Source: a virus (Duplodnaviria > Heunggongvirae > Uroviricota > Caudoviricetes). Taken from it: a DNA stretch of 42,407 nucleotides. Under the pieces are notes generated by a model, which was not told the origin of the DNA, did no database searches, and saw only the letters and a program-made list of their open reading frames with translations. The number at the start of each line of letters is the position of its first letter. The stretch's first letter is position 1. A program made the translations under genes and the position numbers. Shown one piece after another: positions 26,613 through 36,182 of this stretch. Location of the stretch: IMG/VR virus record IMGVR_UViG_2565956608_000007, positions 1 through 42,407 of that record. One strand, written 5' to 3'.

Positions 26613-27115
26613 AAAGCGGGTTAACGGTTCGTGCTGATAACGCCGTGGCTGTTCTGGAATCCCTCCGCCAGCTATCCGGAATGGATGTGCTGGTGGGAAT
26701 ACCTGAGGACAAGGCAGGACGTGAGGATGGCTCTCCGATTAATAACGCGGAACTGGGCTATCTCCACTCGACGGGTGCAACGGTGGAAATCGACGGTACA
26801 ACGGTCACGCTTCCCCCGCGTCCTTTTCTGGATATGGGGATCGAGGATTCAAAACCCCGAACCACTGCGCACCTGAAGGCAGCGGCAACCGCCGCGCTGG
26901 AGGGGCAGACTGAAGCAGCAGTGCGTGAGCTGGAGAGCGCCGGACAGATTGCCCGTGACGCTGCAAAAGCCGTTATCGGTGCTGGCGACCGGTTGCACCC
27001 GCTTTCTGAGAAAACCCTAGAACGCAGAAGGGCCGAAGGCATTCCCGGTGACAAGCCGCTGTATGCCCACGGATACCTGCTGCGCTCAATTAACTACGTC
27101 GTGAGGAAAAAATAA
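26609..27115 (+). CDS. phage structural protein (head-tail joining region)
   Basis: ATGA overlap with upstream stop. Confidence 0.5.
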   Translation: MKSGLTVRADNAVAVLESLRQLSGMDVLVGIPEDKAGREDGSPINNAELGYLHSTGATVEIDGTTVTLPPRPFLDMGIEDSKPRTTAHLKAAATAALEGQTEAAVRELESAGQIARDAAKAVIGAGDRLHPLSEKTLERRRAEGIPGDKPLYAHGYLLRSINYVVRKK

Positions 27116-27519
27116 TGCCTCTTCTCGATGTGAGCGATGTTCTTCTCGATCCCGACTTCATGGACACCAGCCTGGTGTGTCACCGGCAGGTTCAGACGAT
27201 GGATGAGGACAATTTCACGAAAAACACAGCTCAGGATATCCCGTTCTCTGGCGTGGTGACGGTTGACCGTTCTCTGGAAGCCAGACGAATGGCGGCAGGC
27301 CAGAACATTAACGGCGCGATCCTCATCGTGACGCAGTTCAGATTAACCCAGGGCCAGCCCGGTACAGACAGCGCCCCGCGACTCGATGCCGATATCGTGA
27401 GCTATAACGGGCGTGCTTACCGGGTGACATTTGTCGATCCGTACACCAGTTACGGCGCCGGATTCGTCCAGGCGCATTGTGAGCTGGTGGACTTTAACGG
27501 AGGGACGCCAGTTGAGTAA
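27115..27519 (+). CDS. phage structural protein (head-tail joining region)
   Basis: 134-aa ORF, start overlaps upstream stop. Confidence 0.5.
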   Translation: MPLLDVSDVLLDPDFMDTSLVCHRQVQTMDEDNFTKNTAQDIPFSGVVTVDRSLEARRMAAGQNINGAILIVTQFRLTQGQPGTDSAPRLDADIVSYNGRAYRVTFVDPYTSYGAGFVQAHCELVDFNGGTPVE

Positions 27520-28057
27520 TGACAGCACCGCGCGCGGTTATCTGACGCCTGTCGGGGATAGTCCCCAGTATGACGAGGCGCTGGAGCGTGAAATCAGCCG
27601 GTGGATTCGTGGCGTTTCTGGCTTGCCGGCCGCGCTTGTTTTCCCCCGATGGACTGACCCGCAGCCGCAGATCCCAAACAACGGGGTGACGTGGTGCGCC
27701 TTCGGTATCACTACCGTTCCCCAGCCGTTAAGCCAGTCCGATGTTCAGGTTTCGGAAGAACAGTCCGAGCAATGGACATGGGAACAGGTAACGGTGATTT
27801 GCTGCTTCTATGGCCCTCTGGGGGCCAACACTGCATCAACTTTCCGCGCGGGAATATTCGTCGAGCAAAACAACGCTGAGCTGAATCGCTCGGGGCTTTC
27901 GCTGGTGGAGGCCGGAACTATCTACAACCTGCCAGAGCTCATTAATAACCAGTGGGTGAGGCGCTACGACCTCACCATCACGCTGTCCCGCAAAAACATT
28001 CGTACCTACAACGTCCGGACGCTGCAAGATGCGCCCGTCTCATTTTTCGGAGACTAA
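27512..28057 (+). CDS. phage structural protein (possible TTG start)
   Basis: ORF continues the structural operon; GGAGGG ribosome-binding site before TTG at 27512; upstream ATG at 27431 would overlap by 89 nt. Confidence 0.4.
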   Translation: MSNDSTARGYLTPVGDSPQYDEALEREISRWIRGVSGLPAALVFPRWTDPQPQIPNNGVTWCAFGITTVPQPLSQSDVQVSEEQSEQWTWEQVTVICCFYGPLGANTASTFRAGIFVEQNNAELNRSGLSLVEAGTIYNLPELINNQWVRRYDLTITLSRKNIRTYNVRTLQDAPVSFFGD

Positions 28058-28060
28058 ATT

Positions 28061-29206
28061 ATGCCGCAGGGATTACCTGTATCTAACGTTGTTAATGTCG
28101 ACGTGATCATTGGGCCGCGTGCGGCTACTGGTCGAAACTTTGGTTCGCTGCTCATTCTCGGGAGCTCAACGGTTATCCCGGTTTCTGAGCGCATTCGCCT
28201 CTACTCATCCCCTGAAGATATCGGCACTGATTTCGGCGTGGATAGCCCGGAATATGAAGCCGCGACCGTGTATTTCTCACAGTCACCAAAACCGCAGCAG
28301 GTGTATGTCGGTCGCTGGGCTAAAACGCTGGTATCGGCTGAAAGCGGTTCGACGGAAACGCTGCTGCAGGCGGTGAACGCCGTTCTGAATTACACGAATT
28401 GGTACGGTCTGGCCGTGGCTGACGATGAAGATATCGACGATGCCGACTGGCTGAGCGTGGCCGCTGCGATCGAGGCCTCAAGTCTCAGCCGAATTCTGGC
28501 GATTACCACTGCAGAGCCTGAGACGGTAAACGCGACCTCCACTACCGACCTGGCTTATAAGCTGAAGGCGGCAAAATACGCTCGCACGTTTGTGCAGTAT
28601 TCCACCAGCAGCAAGTACGCCGCGCTGTCTGCGTTTGGCCGCGCGTTTACTGTGAATTTCAACGGCAGCAACACCACCATTACCCTGAAATTCAAGCAGG
28701 AGCCGGGGATCACCTATGAAACCCTGACTACCAATCAGGCGGCGGCGCTGGATGCCAAAAACTGCAACGTATTTGTGTACTACCAGAACGATACGGCCAT
28801 TCTGCAGCAGGGCGTCATGTCCAGCGGTGATTTCTTCGATGAACGCCACGGGCTCGACTGGCTGCAGAACTACGTTCAGACCAACCTGTATAACCTGCTC
28901 TACACCAGCACAACCAAAGTCCCACAGACCGATGCGGGTGTTACGCGCCTCCTTTCCAATGTTGAGCAGTCTATGGATCAGTCCGTCACGAACGGGCTGG
29001 TGGCTTCTGGCGTATGGAACGGTGGCCCGATTGGGCAGCTGGATTCCGGCGACACACTGACAAAAGGCTATTACGTCTACGCGCAGCCGATTTCCGAGCA
29101 GGCGCAGGCAGACCGTGAAGCACGTAAGGCACCGGTTATTCAGGTGGCCTGTAAGCTGGCGGGTGCGGTCCATTTCGCTGATGTGCAGATCAACGTCGTT
29201 CGCTAA
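28061..29206 (+). CDS. putative tail sheath protein
   Basis: 381-aa ORF directly upstream of a small tube-like protein, chaperone and tape measure. Confidence 0.55.
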   Translation: MPQGLPVSNVVNVDVIIGPRAATGRNFGSLLILGSSTVIPVSERIRLYSSPEDIGTDFGVDSPEYEAATVYFSQSPKPQQVYVGRWAKTLVSAESGSTETLLQAVNAVLNYTNWYGLAVADDEDIDDADWLSVAAAIEASSLSRILAITTAEPETVNATSTTDLAYKLKAAKYARTFVQYSTSSKYAALSAFGRAFTVNFNGSNTTITLKFKQEPGITYETLTTNQAAALDAKNCNVFVYYQNDTAILQQGVMSSGDFFDERHGLDWLQNYVQTNLYNLLYTSTTKVPQTDAGVTRLLSNVEQSMDQSVTNGLVASGVWNGGPIGQLDSGDTLTKGYYVYAQPISEQAQADREARKAPVIQVACKLAGAVHFADVQINVVR

Positions 29207-29217
29207 GGAGAACATGA

Positions 29218-29658
29218 ATGGCTACTTATTCTTTTATGGACGTCACGGCGTCCCTCTCCGGCCCGACCGGCGAGATTGATCTGGGCTACGGTTCCGCCAG
29301 TTCAGAGGAGGGGATCACTGTTGCAATGGGCGGCCCCAAAAATACCATGACCATCGGCGCTGACGGCGAAGTGATGCACAGCCTGCACGCGGATAAAAGC
29401 GGCACGGTAACCGTCAACCTGCTGAAGACCTCGCCGACAAACAAAAAGCTGTCGCTGGCGTACAACGCGCAGAGTCAGTCCTCAGGTACCTGGGGAAACA
29501 ACGTCATTGTGATCCGAAACAAGGTGAGCGGAGACATCATCACGGCGCGCAGCGTGGCGTTCCAGAAACAGCCGGATAACGCCAACGCTAAAGCCGGTAA
29601 TACGATGCCCTGGGTGTTTGACTGCGGCAAAATCGACCAGGTTCTCGGAGAGTTTTAA
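29218..29658 (+). CDS. putative tail tube protein
   Basis: 146-aa ORF between sheath and chaperone. Confidence 0.55.
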   Translation: MATYSFMDVTASLSGPTGEIDLGYGSASSEEGITVAMGGPKNTMTIGADGEVMHSLHADKSGTVTVNLLKTSPTNKKLSLAYNAQSQSSGTWGNNVIVIRNKVSGDIITARSVAFQKQPDNANAKAGNTMPWVFDCGKIDQVLGEF

Positions 29659-29661
29659 CAG

Positions 29662-30114
29662 ATGGAATGCTCAATCAAAGGCCACGATTACCGCGTGGCA
29701 AAACTCAGCGTTTTTGACCAGCTGAAAGTGACCCGCAAACTGCTGCCGGTGCTGGCGGGCATGATGTCAGATTTCGGGAGCATTCGCTCCCTTCTGCCTG
29801 CTGATGGCAAAATCGACACCGTGAAATTCGATCAGCTGAAACCGGTGTTTGAAACCCTGCTCCCGCGTATCGCTGAGGAACTGTCTTCCCTGACCGAAGA
29901 AGACACCAACGCGATTATTCATCCTTGCCTGGCCGTGGTATCACGCAAGCACATGGACGGATGGACGCCGGTATTCAACAGCGGTCAGCTGATGTTCGAT
30001 GATATCGACCTGCTGACGATGCTGCAGCTGGTGGCGCGGGTGGTCGCCGATTCACTGGGAAATTTTTTGCCCGTGAGCCCTACCAGCGCGACGCCGGGCC
30101 AGCCTCAGGGTTAA
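29662..30114 (+). CDS. tail assembly chaperone (short, in-frame product)
   Basis: 150-aa ORF between tube and tape measure genes. Confidence 0.55.
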   Translation: MECSIKGHDYRVAKLSVFDQLKVTRKLLPVLAGMMSDFGSIRSLLPADGKIDTVKFDQLKPVFETLLPRIAEELSSLTEEDTNAIIHPCLAVVSRKHMDGWTPVFNSGQLMFDDIDLLTMLQLVARVVADSLGNFLPVSPTSATPGQPQG

Positions 30115-30302
30115 CCCTCAACAGCCTGCCTGACGGGCTGTCTTATCTCCTTGACCCGGTTGACGCCGGGTTAATCCCTTATTACGCGCTGAAGGATGGA
30201 TCTGTCGATCTGTGCGATATCGCGCTGATGAATGACCACCTGGCCGTTAAAGCTGACAACCAGCGCCGTATAGAGAAATGGAGAGAGGATAATGAACGCT
30301 GA
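29662..30302 (+). CDS. tail assembly chaperone, putative -1 frameshift-extended isoform
   Basis: The -1 frame is open from 30003 to the stop at 30300-30302; slippery A_AAT_TTT / T_TTT_TTG at 30060-30069; extension ends 11 nt into the tape measure gene. Confidence 0.4.
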
Positions 30303-32301
30303 GACTATTAAAGATTTCCTCGTCTCGCTCGGTTTCGATATCGACGAAGCAGGCGCGGAAAAGTTCGATTCAGTCCTCGCCGGTACGACCGCAAACGCTA
30401 TCAAAATGGGGCTGGCCGTCGAAGGCGCCGCGCTTACCGTGGTGGCCTTTACGGCTAAGATCGCCTCCGGTCTGGATAATCTCTACTGGGCGTCACAGCG
30501 CACCGGCGCGACGGTTCAGGGGATTCAGTCTATTGGCTATGCGGTTTCGCAGGTGGGCGGCAGCGTTGACGCGGCGCGCACCTCTCTGGAAAGCCTCTCC
30601 CGGTTTGTTCGTAACAATCCCGGCGCGGAAGGCTTCCTGAATCGCCTGGGCGTACAGACCCGTGACGCCAGCGGCAACATGCGCGACATGGCCGCTATCT
30701 TTACGGGCGTCGGCCAGAAGCTCAGCAGCATGCCGTATTACCGGGCTAACCAGTATGCGCAGATGCTGGGCATTGACGAAAATACCCTCATGGCGATGCG
30801 CCGGGGTGTGGGCGGTTTCTCCGGGCAGTACAGCGCAATGGCGAAAGCTATCGGCTTCAATGCTGACGAGGCGGCCAGAAGCTCAAACAAATTCATGACC
30901 TCCCTGCGCGAGTTCGGCGCGATGGCAGGCATGGCCCGTGACAAAATCGGTTCTAATCTTGCTGGTGGTCTGGCGGGTTCGCTGGACACGCTGCGCCGCC
31001 ACATCCTAGATAACTTCCCGCGCATCGAGCAGACCCTGACGAAAGCCATAAAGGGCATTCTGGCGCTCGGGGACATTATAGGGCGGCTGTTCTTCCGGCT
31101 TATTGAGGGGACATCCAGCCTTATCACCTGGTGGCAATCGCTGGATAAGCAAACGCGGGAGCTAATCTCGTTGTTCGGCGCGCTGACGATTGCGCTGCGC
31201 ATTCTGAACAGTACGTTCTGGATGTCGCCGATTGGCCTCATTACCGCGCTGGCGGCGGGGATTGCCCTTCTGTGGGAGGACTATCAGACCTGGAAGGAAG
31301 GCGGGGACAGCCTGATTGACTGGGGCAAGTGGAAGCCGGAAGTCGACGCCGCGCTGAAGATGGTTCGTGACCTTAAAACGACCGTTAACGAACTGGCGAA
31401 AGCGCTGGCGAAACTGCTCAACATTGACCCTAAATCATGGTCCCTGAAGTGGGATTTCAGCAACTTCATCGACCAGATGGGCGAGTTCAGCAAAATGCTG
31501 AATATGATTGCCGACCTGCTCAACGCCATTAAAGATGGCCGCTGGGCTGATGCCGCCAGCATTGGCAAACAGATGCTTAATCAGGGTAGCGAAAATCCGT
31601 CAGCGATGCCGATGGTAACAGACAGCGCTAACAGTGCCGCTGACTGGATTCAAGATAAGTTTGGTGTCGATCCTCGTAATGTTGGTCGGTGGATAAAAGG
31701 GAGATTTGGCGATGATGAGCCTGAACAGCTCGGCCAGTCAGTCAAGCGGCCACAGCCAACTAAAGCAGGCTCTGAACTGCTGGGATGGATGCAACCGATG
31801 CTTACCAACCTGGAACAGCTCTACCGACTTCCGGAAGGTTTGCTGCGCAGTGTGGCCATCACGGAATCGGGCGGTAATCAGTTCGCCGTTTCAGGCGCTG
31901 GCGCTAAAGGTCTGTTTCAGTTTATGGATGGTACAGCGCGTGACATGGGGCTGCGCGGGAATGATGTTTTCGACCCGGAGAAGGCCGCGCAGGCAGCCGC
32001 AAAGTATCTTTCACAGCTGCTGCAGGCGAACGGCGGTGACCTGAGCAAAGCGCTGGCCTCTTATAACTGGGGGATCGGGAACGTGCAGAAGCACGGGATG
32101 GCCCTTATGCCTCAGGAAACCCGAAACTACATTCCGAAAGTGTTAAGCAATATGCCTGCGCCCGGGGCTCAGGTACAGCAACAGAACACCTATCACATCT
32201 ACGGTGGTGGTGATCCGCGTTCTGTTGGTACCGAGGTCGAGCGCCGCCAGCAGTCGGCAAACGCTCAGGTTATGCGCGGCAATCAAACGAAGGTGGGCTA
32301 A
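30292..32301 (+). CDS. tail tape measure protein with C-terminal lytic transglycosylase (SLT) domain
   Basis: 669-aa ORF; SLT motifs ITESGGNQFAVSGAGAKGLFQFM ... YNWG. Confidence 0.8.
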   Translation: MNAETIKDFLVSLGFDIDEAGAEKFDSVLAGTTANAIKMGLAVEGAALTVVAFTAKIASGLDNLYWASQRTGATVQGIQSIGYAVSQVGGSVDAARTSLESLSRFVRNNPGAEGFLNRLGVQTRDASGNMRDMAAIFTGVGQKLSSMPYYRANQYAQMLGIDENTLMAMRRGVGGFSGQYSAMAKAIGFNADEAARSSNKFMTSLREFGAMAGMARDKIGSNLAGGLAGSLDTLRRHILDNFPRIEQTLTKAIKGILALGDIIGRLFFRLIEGTSSLITWWQSLDKQTRELISLFGALTIALRILNSTFWMSPIGLITALAAGIALLWEDYQTWKEGGDSLIDWGKWKPEVDAALKMVRDLKTTVNELAKALAKLLNIDPKSWSLKWDFSNFIDQMGEFSKMLNMIADLLNAIKDGRWADAASIGKQMLNQGSENPSAMPMVTDSANSAADWIQDKFGVDPRNVGRWIKGRFGDDEPEQLGQSVKRPQPTKAGSELLGWMQPMLTNLEQLYRLPEGLLRSVAITESGGNQFAVSGAGAKGLFQFMDGTARDMGLRGNDVFDPEKAAQAAAKYLSQLLQANGGDLSKALASYNWGIGNVQKHGMALMPQETRNYIPKVLSNMPAPGAQVQQQNTYHIYGGGDPRSVGTEVERRQQSANAQVMRGNQTKVG

Positions 32302-32888
32302 TGGATATTCTCTCTACGCTCTTTCAGCAGCAGAGCCGGAAAATAGGGATGATTGTCCCCAGTGTGGTTGTTTCTGAAAAGCATACCGACACGCTGGAGA
32401 TAACAGAGCACCCTGTCGAGGTCGGGGCTGCCATTGCCGATCATGCCTACAAAAAACCGTCTGAAGTGGTGATGGAGGTCGGTTTCGCTGGTGGTGGATC
32501 GTTGCTGGATTTTGCCAGTAACCTGACGGCTACCAGCCTGCTCGGTCTGAGTCCCCAGCAGACGTATCAGGAGATACTCGACCTGCAGGCGAGCCGTATT
32601 CCTTTCGATGTGGTTACGGGCAAACGGCTGTACAGCAACATGCTGATCCGCGCGCTGGAAGTGACGACAGACAAGACAACCGAAAACGTCCTGTCTGCCG
32701 TCCTCACCCTGAGGGAGGTTCTTATCTCGCAGACGCAGCAGATCACCGTCGCGGATAAAACCAACATGAAGGACGGGGCCAGCACGTCGTCGGTACTGAA
32801 TACCGGCAACAAAACCACAAAGCCGCCAAATACCTCGCTGTTGAAAAGCATTACGGGTAATGGGGCATCATTACTGGGGCTCGGCTAA
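32301..32888 (+). CDS. tail / baseplate protein, function unassigned
   Basis: Start overlaps the tape measure stop; operon position. Confidence 0.5.
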   Translation: MDILSTLFQQQSRKIGMIVPSVVVSEKHTDTLEITEHPVEVGAAIADHAYKKPSEVVMEVGFAGGGSLLDFASNLTATSLLGLSPQQTYQEILDLQASRIPFDVVTGKRLYSNMLIRALEVTTDKTTENVLSAVLTLREVLISQTQQITVADKTNMKDGASTSSVLNTGNKTTKPPNTSLLKSITGNGASLLGLG

Positions 32889-33190
32889 TGGCAATTCAGG
32901 AAATCCCACTGACAGCGGATAACCAGCAATTCAGCATCATCCTGGCGGGGACCACCTGGCGGATTAGCATCATATGGCGCGATCTGTACTGGATTATGGA
33001 CCTGCAGAACGACAGAGGGGAGCCGGTAATCTCCGGTATTCCTCTCGTCACCGGCGCTGACCTGCTGGCGCAGTACGCCTATATGGGCCTCGGATTTAAG
33101 CTGGTGGTGGTCTGTGACGACAGTACACAGGATTATCCGACGAAAACCGACCTGGGCGGCCGCAGTCATTTACTGGTATCAACGGAGTAA
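32888..33190 (+). CDS. tail / baseplate protein, function unassigned
   Basis: 100-aa ORF, overlapping start/stop. Confidence 0.5.
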   Translation: MAIQEIPLTADNQQFSIILAGTTWRISIIWRDLYWIMDLQNDRGEPVISGIPLVTGADLLAQYAYMGLGFKLVVVCDDSTQDYPTKTDLGGRSHLLVSTE

Positions 33191-33192
33191 GC

Positions 33193-34254
33193 ATGTCACA
33201 GAACTGGATGAGACATTTCGAGTTGCAGCTCCTGGACGAGAACGGGCAGGGGATTGAACTCAGCGATTTTAAAGTAACCTTTACGATCGACTGGTTCAAC
33301 ATCAGCAGCGCGTCACGGGTGGGGACGTTCAAAATTTACAACCTGTCTGCAGATACCTCCAACCGTATAACCGGCAAAGAGTTTTCGAAAGTTCGGCTGA
33401 TTGCCGGTTACGACGGTATCGCGCCGGAGGTATCGGCAAGCGACGTCGGGACCGTTCGCGAAGTCGACGCGGCGGACGTGGGACAGAGTGATGGCCGCAA
33501 CTATGGACTTATTTACAGCGGTGAAATTCGCTACTCGGTCACCGGTAAAGACAGTCCTATTGATTCCTACGTCCTGATTCAGGCAGCCGATACGGATCTG
33601 GCTTTTGCCACCAGCATAACCTCGCAGACGCTGGCGGCCGGTTACACAGTCGCAGACGTGAACCGCGCGCTGATGAAAGACTTCGAGGCCAAAGGCGCGA
33701 CCGAAGGCCTTACCCCTGAAATGCCTGCTACCGTATTCCCCCGTGGCCGGGTGCTGTTCGGCATGACACGGCACCTTATGGATAACGTGGCCGGACAATG
33801 TGGCGCAACATGGCAATTCGTGGATGGCCAGCGGCAGATGGTGGCGAATAACGAATATGTTCACGATGCGATTGTGCTCAACAGCGCCACCGGGCTTATC
33901 GGCATGCCGCAGCAGACCATCGGCAACGGCGTAAACGTCCGCGCGCTGATTAACCCGAACATCCGGGTTAACGGGCTCATTCAGCTGGATCAGGCTTCCG
34001 TGTATCGTACCGCGCTGTCGAACAACGATATCGCTATGGCTGGTGGGCAGATCACCGACCAGAACACGGACGGAAATATCACGCTAAGCGGCACCACGGC
34101 GCAACCTGCCAGTATCGCAACGGATGGCGTTTATATTGTGCGCGGGATTATGTACACTGGCGATACAAGGGGCCAGGCGTGGTACATGGATATGATGTGC
34201 GAAGCGCGTGGCGCGGCGGATCTCCGCACTCAGGACTCGCTTAATCGGGGGTAA
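33193..34254 (+). CDS. putative baseplate hub / tail protein
   Basis: 353-aa ORF before the spike gene, in the position of the Mu-type hub gene. Confidence 0.45.
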   Translation: MSQNWMRHFELQLLDENGQGIELSDFKVTFTIDWFNISSASRVGTFKIYNLSADTSNRITGKEFSKVRLIAGYDGIAPEVSASDVGTVREVDAADVGQSDGRNYGLIYSGEIRYSVTGKDSPIDSYVLIQAADTDLAFATSITSQTLAAGYTVADVNRALMKDFEAKGATEGLTPEMPATVFPRGRVLFGMTRHLMDNVAGQCGATWQFVDGQRQMVANNEYVHDAIVLNSATGLIGMPQQTIGNGVNVRALINPNIRVNGLIQLDQASVYRTALSNNDIAMAGGQITDQNTDGNITLSGTTAQPASIATDGVYIVRGIMYTGDTRGQAWYMDMMCEARGAADLRTQDSLNRG

Positions 34255-34256
34255 AT

Positions 34257-34598
34257 TTGAAAGCCTTAGCCATTTTAATTGTTGCCTTTATGTCATTTGG
34301 GGCATCAGCAAGCGGGTACACCGCTTATTGTGGGCCTTACACCATCACTGCAAGGTTGGGTGAAATGGACATAATTAACGGTGAACGCGTCACATCGCAG
34401 AAAATTACAAATCTTGGTGCTGATGGCATTAAGATTGATATGGGGCTTATGCCTGCTAAAGATGGCAACAATTATGGCTTTGAATACATTCGCCGTCCGG
34501 GTACCGAAACGCGATTCCTGAATGTCCAACTGCTGCAGAATAGCATGGACGCGCCGAAAGTTATCGGCTCTTTCCCATGCAAAAAAGTTTCTGATTAA
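34257..34598 (+). CDS. secreted protein of unknown function (moron inside tail cluster)
   Basis: Signal peptide MKALAILIVAFMSFGASA; visibly AT-rich relative to flanking tail genes. Confidence 0.55.
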   Translation: MKALAILIVAFMSFGASASGYTAYCGPYTITARLGEMDIINGERVTSQKITNLGADGIKIDMGLMPAKDGNNYGFEYIRRPGTETRFLNVQLLQNSMDAPKVIGSFPCKKVSD

Positions 34599-34613
34599 AG
34601 TAATTAATGGACT

Positions 34614-35036
34614 TTGTTTATGGCGGTCAGCAGGTCAAAGAAAATAGTTTTATTAGTTGTCATTGTTGTAGGTTATTTAATTGGAAACCATAAAAACAAT
34701 GAAACTGACAAAGTGTCTGGTAATACCGAAGCCCCTGAAAAGGCTGCAGCGCAACAATCAAGTAATACTCCTACTTTGTCAGAGGATGTTCTTTTAAAGA
34801 ATGAAGTGATATTTACCTGTAAGGATATCGCCCGATCTTCTTTATCGTTGCCGGACACATTCGAAACCGAACAGACTGAAAGCGGGATCGACGAGAAAAA
34901 TGGAAAGCAAGTTTATTACTTTACCCTGCATTTTTCTGGAATGAACGCCTTCAATAGTCGAATCACTCATACAATAGAGTGTTACGGGACGGTAGGAGAC
35001 AAAAACCGAACTGTTACCTATAAAACATTCAACTAA
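34614..35036 (+). CDS. membrane-anchored protein of unknown function (moron inside tail cluster)
   Basis: N-terminal transmembrane helix (KKIVLLVVIVVGYLIG); AT-rich; followed by its own terminator. Confidence 0.55.
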   Translation: MFMAVSRSKKIVLLVVIVVGYLIGNHKNNETDKVSGNTEAPEKAAAQQSSNTPTLSEDVLLKNEVIFTCKDIARSSLSLPDTFETEQTESGIDEKNGKQVYYFTLHFSGMNAFNSRITHTIECYGTVGDKNRTVTYKTFN

Positions 35037-35057
35037 CCCGCCACCCGGCGGGTTTTT
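35037..35057 (+). terminator. Rho-independent terminator after the moron pair
   Basis: CCCGCC-ACCC-GGCGGG followed by TTTTT. Confidence 0.6.
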
Positions 35058-35076
35058 GCTTTCTGGAGCCTACCAA

Positions 35077-35829
35077 ATGGCAGTATCTGACCAGACCCGC
35101 AGCGGCGACCTTGCCGAAACATTCAAATCTGAGCGGGACACGACAAAAAACCAGATCCGCGTCGCTTTGCCTGGTATCGTTCAGTCATTCGACCCTGACG
35201 CGGTGACGGCGGTTGTGCAGCCTGCTATCCGCTCTGTTGAAACCGATAACGACGGCAACCGCGTTACCAAAAATTACCCGCTGCTGGTGGATGTGCCGGT
35301 GGTATTTCCGCGCGGCGGCGGCTGCACGTTAACTTTCCCGGTAAAAGCCGGCGATGAATGCCTGGTGATTTTTGCCGATCGCTGCATCGATTTCTGGTGG
35401 CAGAACGGCGGGGTGCAGGAGCCTGTCGACGACCGGGTGCATGATTTATCGGATGCGTTCTGTATCGTCGGGCCCCAGTCACAGGCGCAGAAAATCAGCG
35501 GAATCAGCACGGGGGCCGCTCAACTGCGCAGCGACGATGGAAGCACGTTCTTTGAGCTCGACCCCACTACGCAGAAAATTAAAATCGTAGCGCCTGGCGG
35601 TCTGGATGTAGTTACTCCACTGGCCGACTTCTCGGCGAAAGTTACAATTCACGGGCTCCTGTCCTGGCTGGGTGGAATGGTGGGTTCAGTTGCTTCTGGC
35701 GTTGCATCCAAAATCACTGGCGCTGTCGAGTTTATCGGTACCGTTAAAGCTAACGGCAAGTCAATTGATGATACGCACACTCACGGCGGCGTACAGCACG
35801 GCACCAGCAACACAGACGGGGTGAACTGA
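35077..35829 (+). CDS. baseplate central spike protein (Mu gp45-like)
   Basis: Motif PLLVDVPVVFPRGGGCTLTFPVKAGDECLVIFADRCID typical of baseplate spike N-domains; ATG at 35077. Confidence 0.65.
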   Translation: MAVSDQTRSGDLAETFKSERDTTKNQIRVALPGIVQSFDPDAVTAVVQPAIRSVETDNDGNRVTKNYPLLVDVPVVFPRGGGCTLTFPVKAGDECLVIFADRCIDFWWQNGGVQEPVDDRVHDLSDAFCIVGPQSQAQKISGISTGAAQLRSDDGSTFFELDPTTQKIKIVAPGGLDVVTPLADFSAKVTIHGLLSWLGGMVGSVASGVASKITGAVEFIGTVKANGKSIDDTHTHGGVQHGTSNTDGVN

Positions 35830-36182
35830 TGCGATACAGACGTGAAGACGCCGACGGTGATTACACCTTTGGCAGCGGCGATGATACCTGGCTGATTAAC
35901 TCACCGGAGGCCGTGGCGCAGGCGGTAAAAACGCGATTCGAATTGTGGTATGGGCAATGGTTTCTCGACACCACCGAGGGGACACCGTGGATTCAGTCCG
36001 TACTCGGTAAGCAGAAGCCGGAAACCTACAACCTGGCGATCCGTAAGCGCATCCTCGAAACGCGGGGCGTTAAATCCATTCTCTCTTTCAATACGACAGT
36101 GAACACTACGACGCGCCGCGTCCAGTTCTTCGCTGAAATCGACACCATCTACGGAATAACGACAGTAACCAGCGAGGCATAA
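35829..36182 (+). CDS. baseplate protein (GpW-like)
   Basis: 117-aa ORF between spike and J-like genes. Confidence 0.5.
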   Translation: MRYRREDADGDYTFGSGDDTWLINSPEAVAQAVKTRFELWYGQWFLDTTEGTPWIQSVLGKQKPETYNLAIRKRILETRGVKSILSFNTTVNTTTRRVQFFAEIDTIYGITTVTSEA

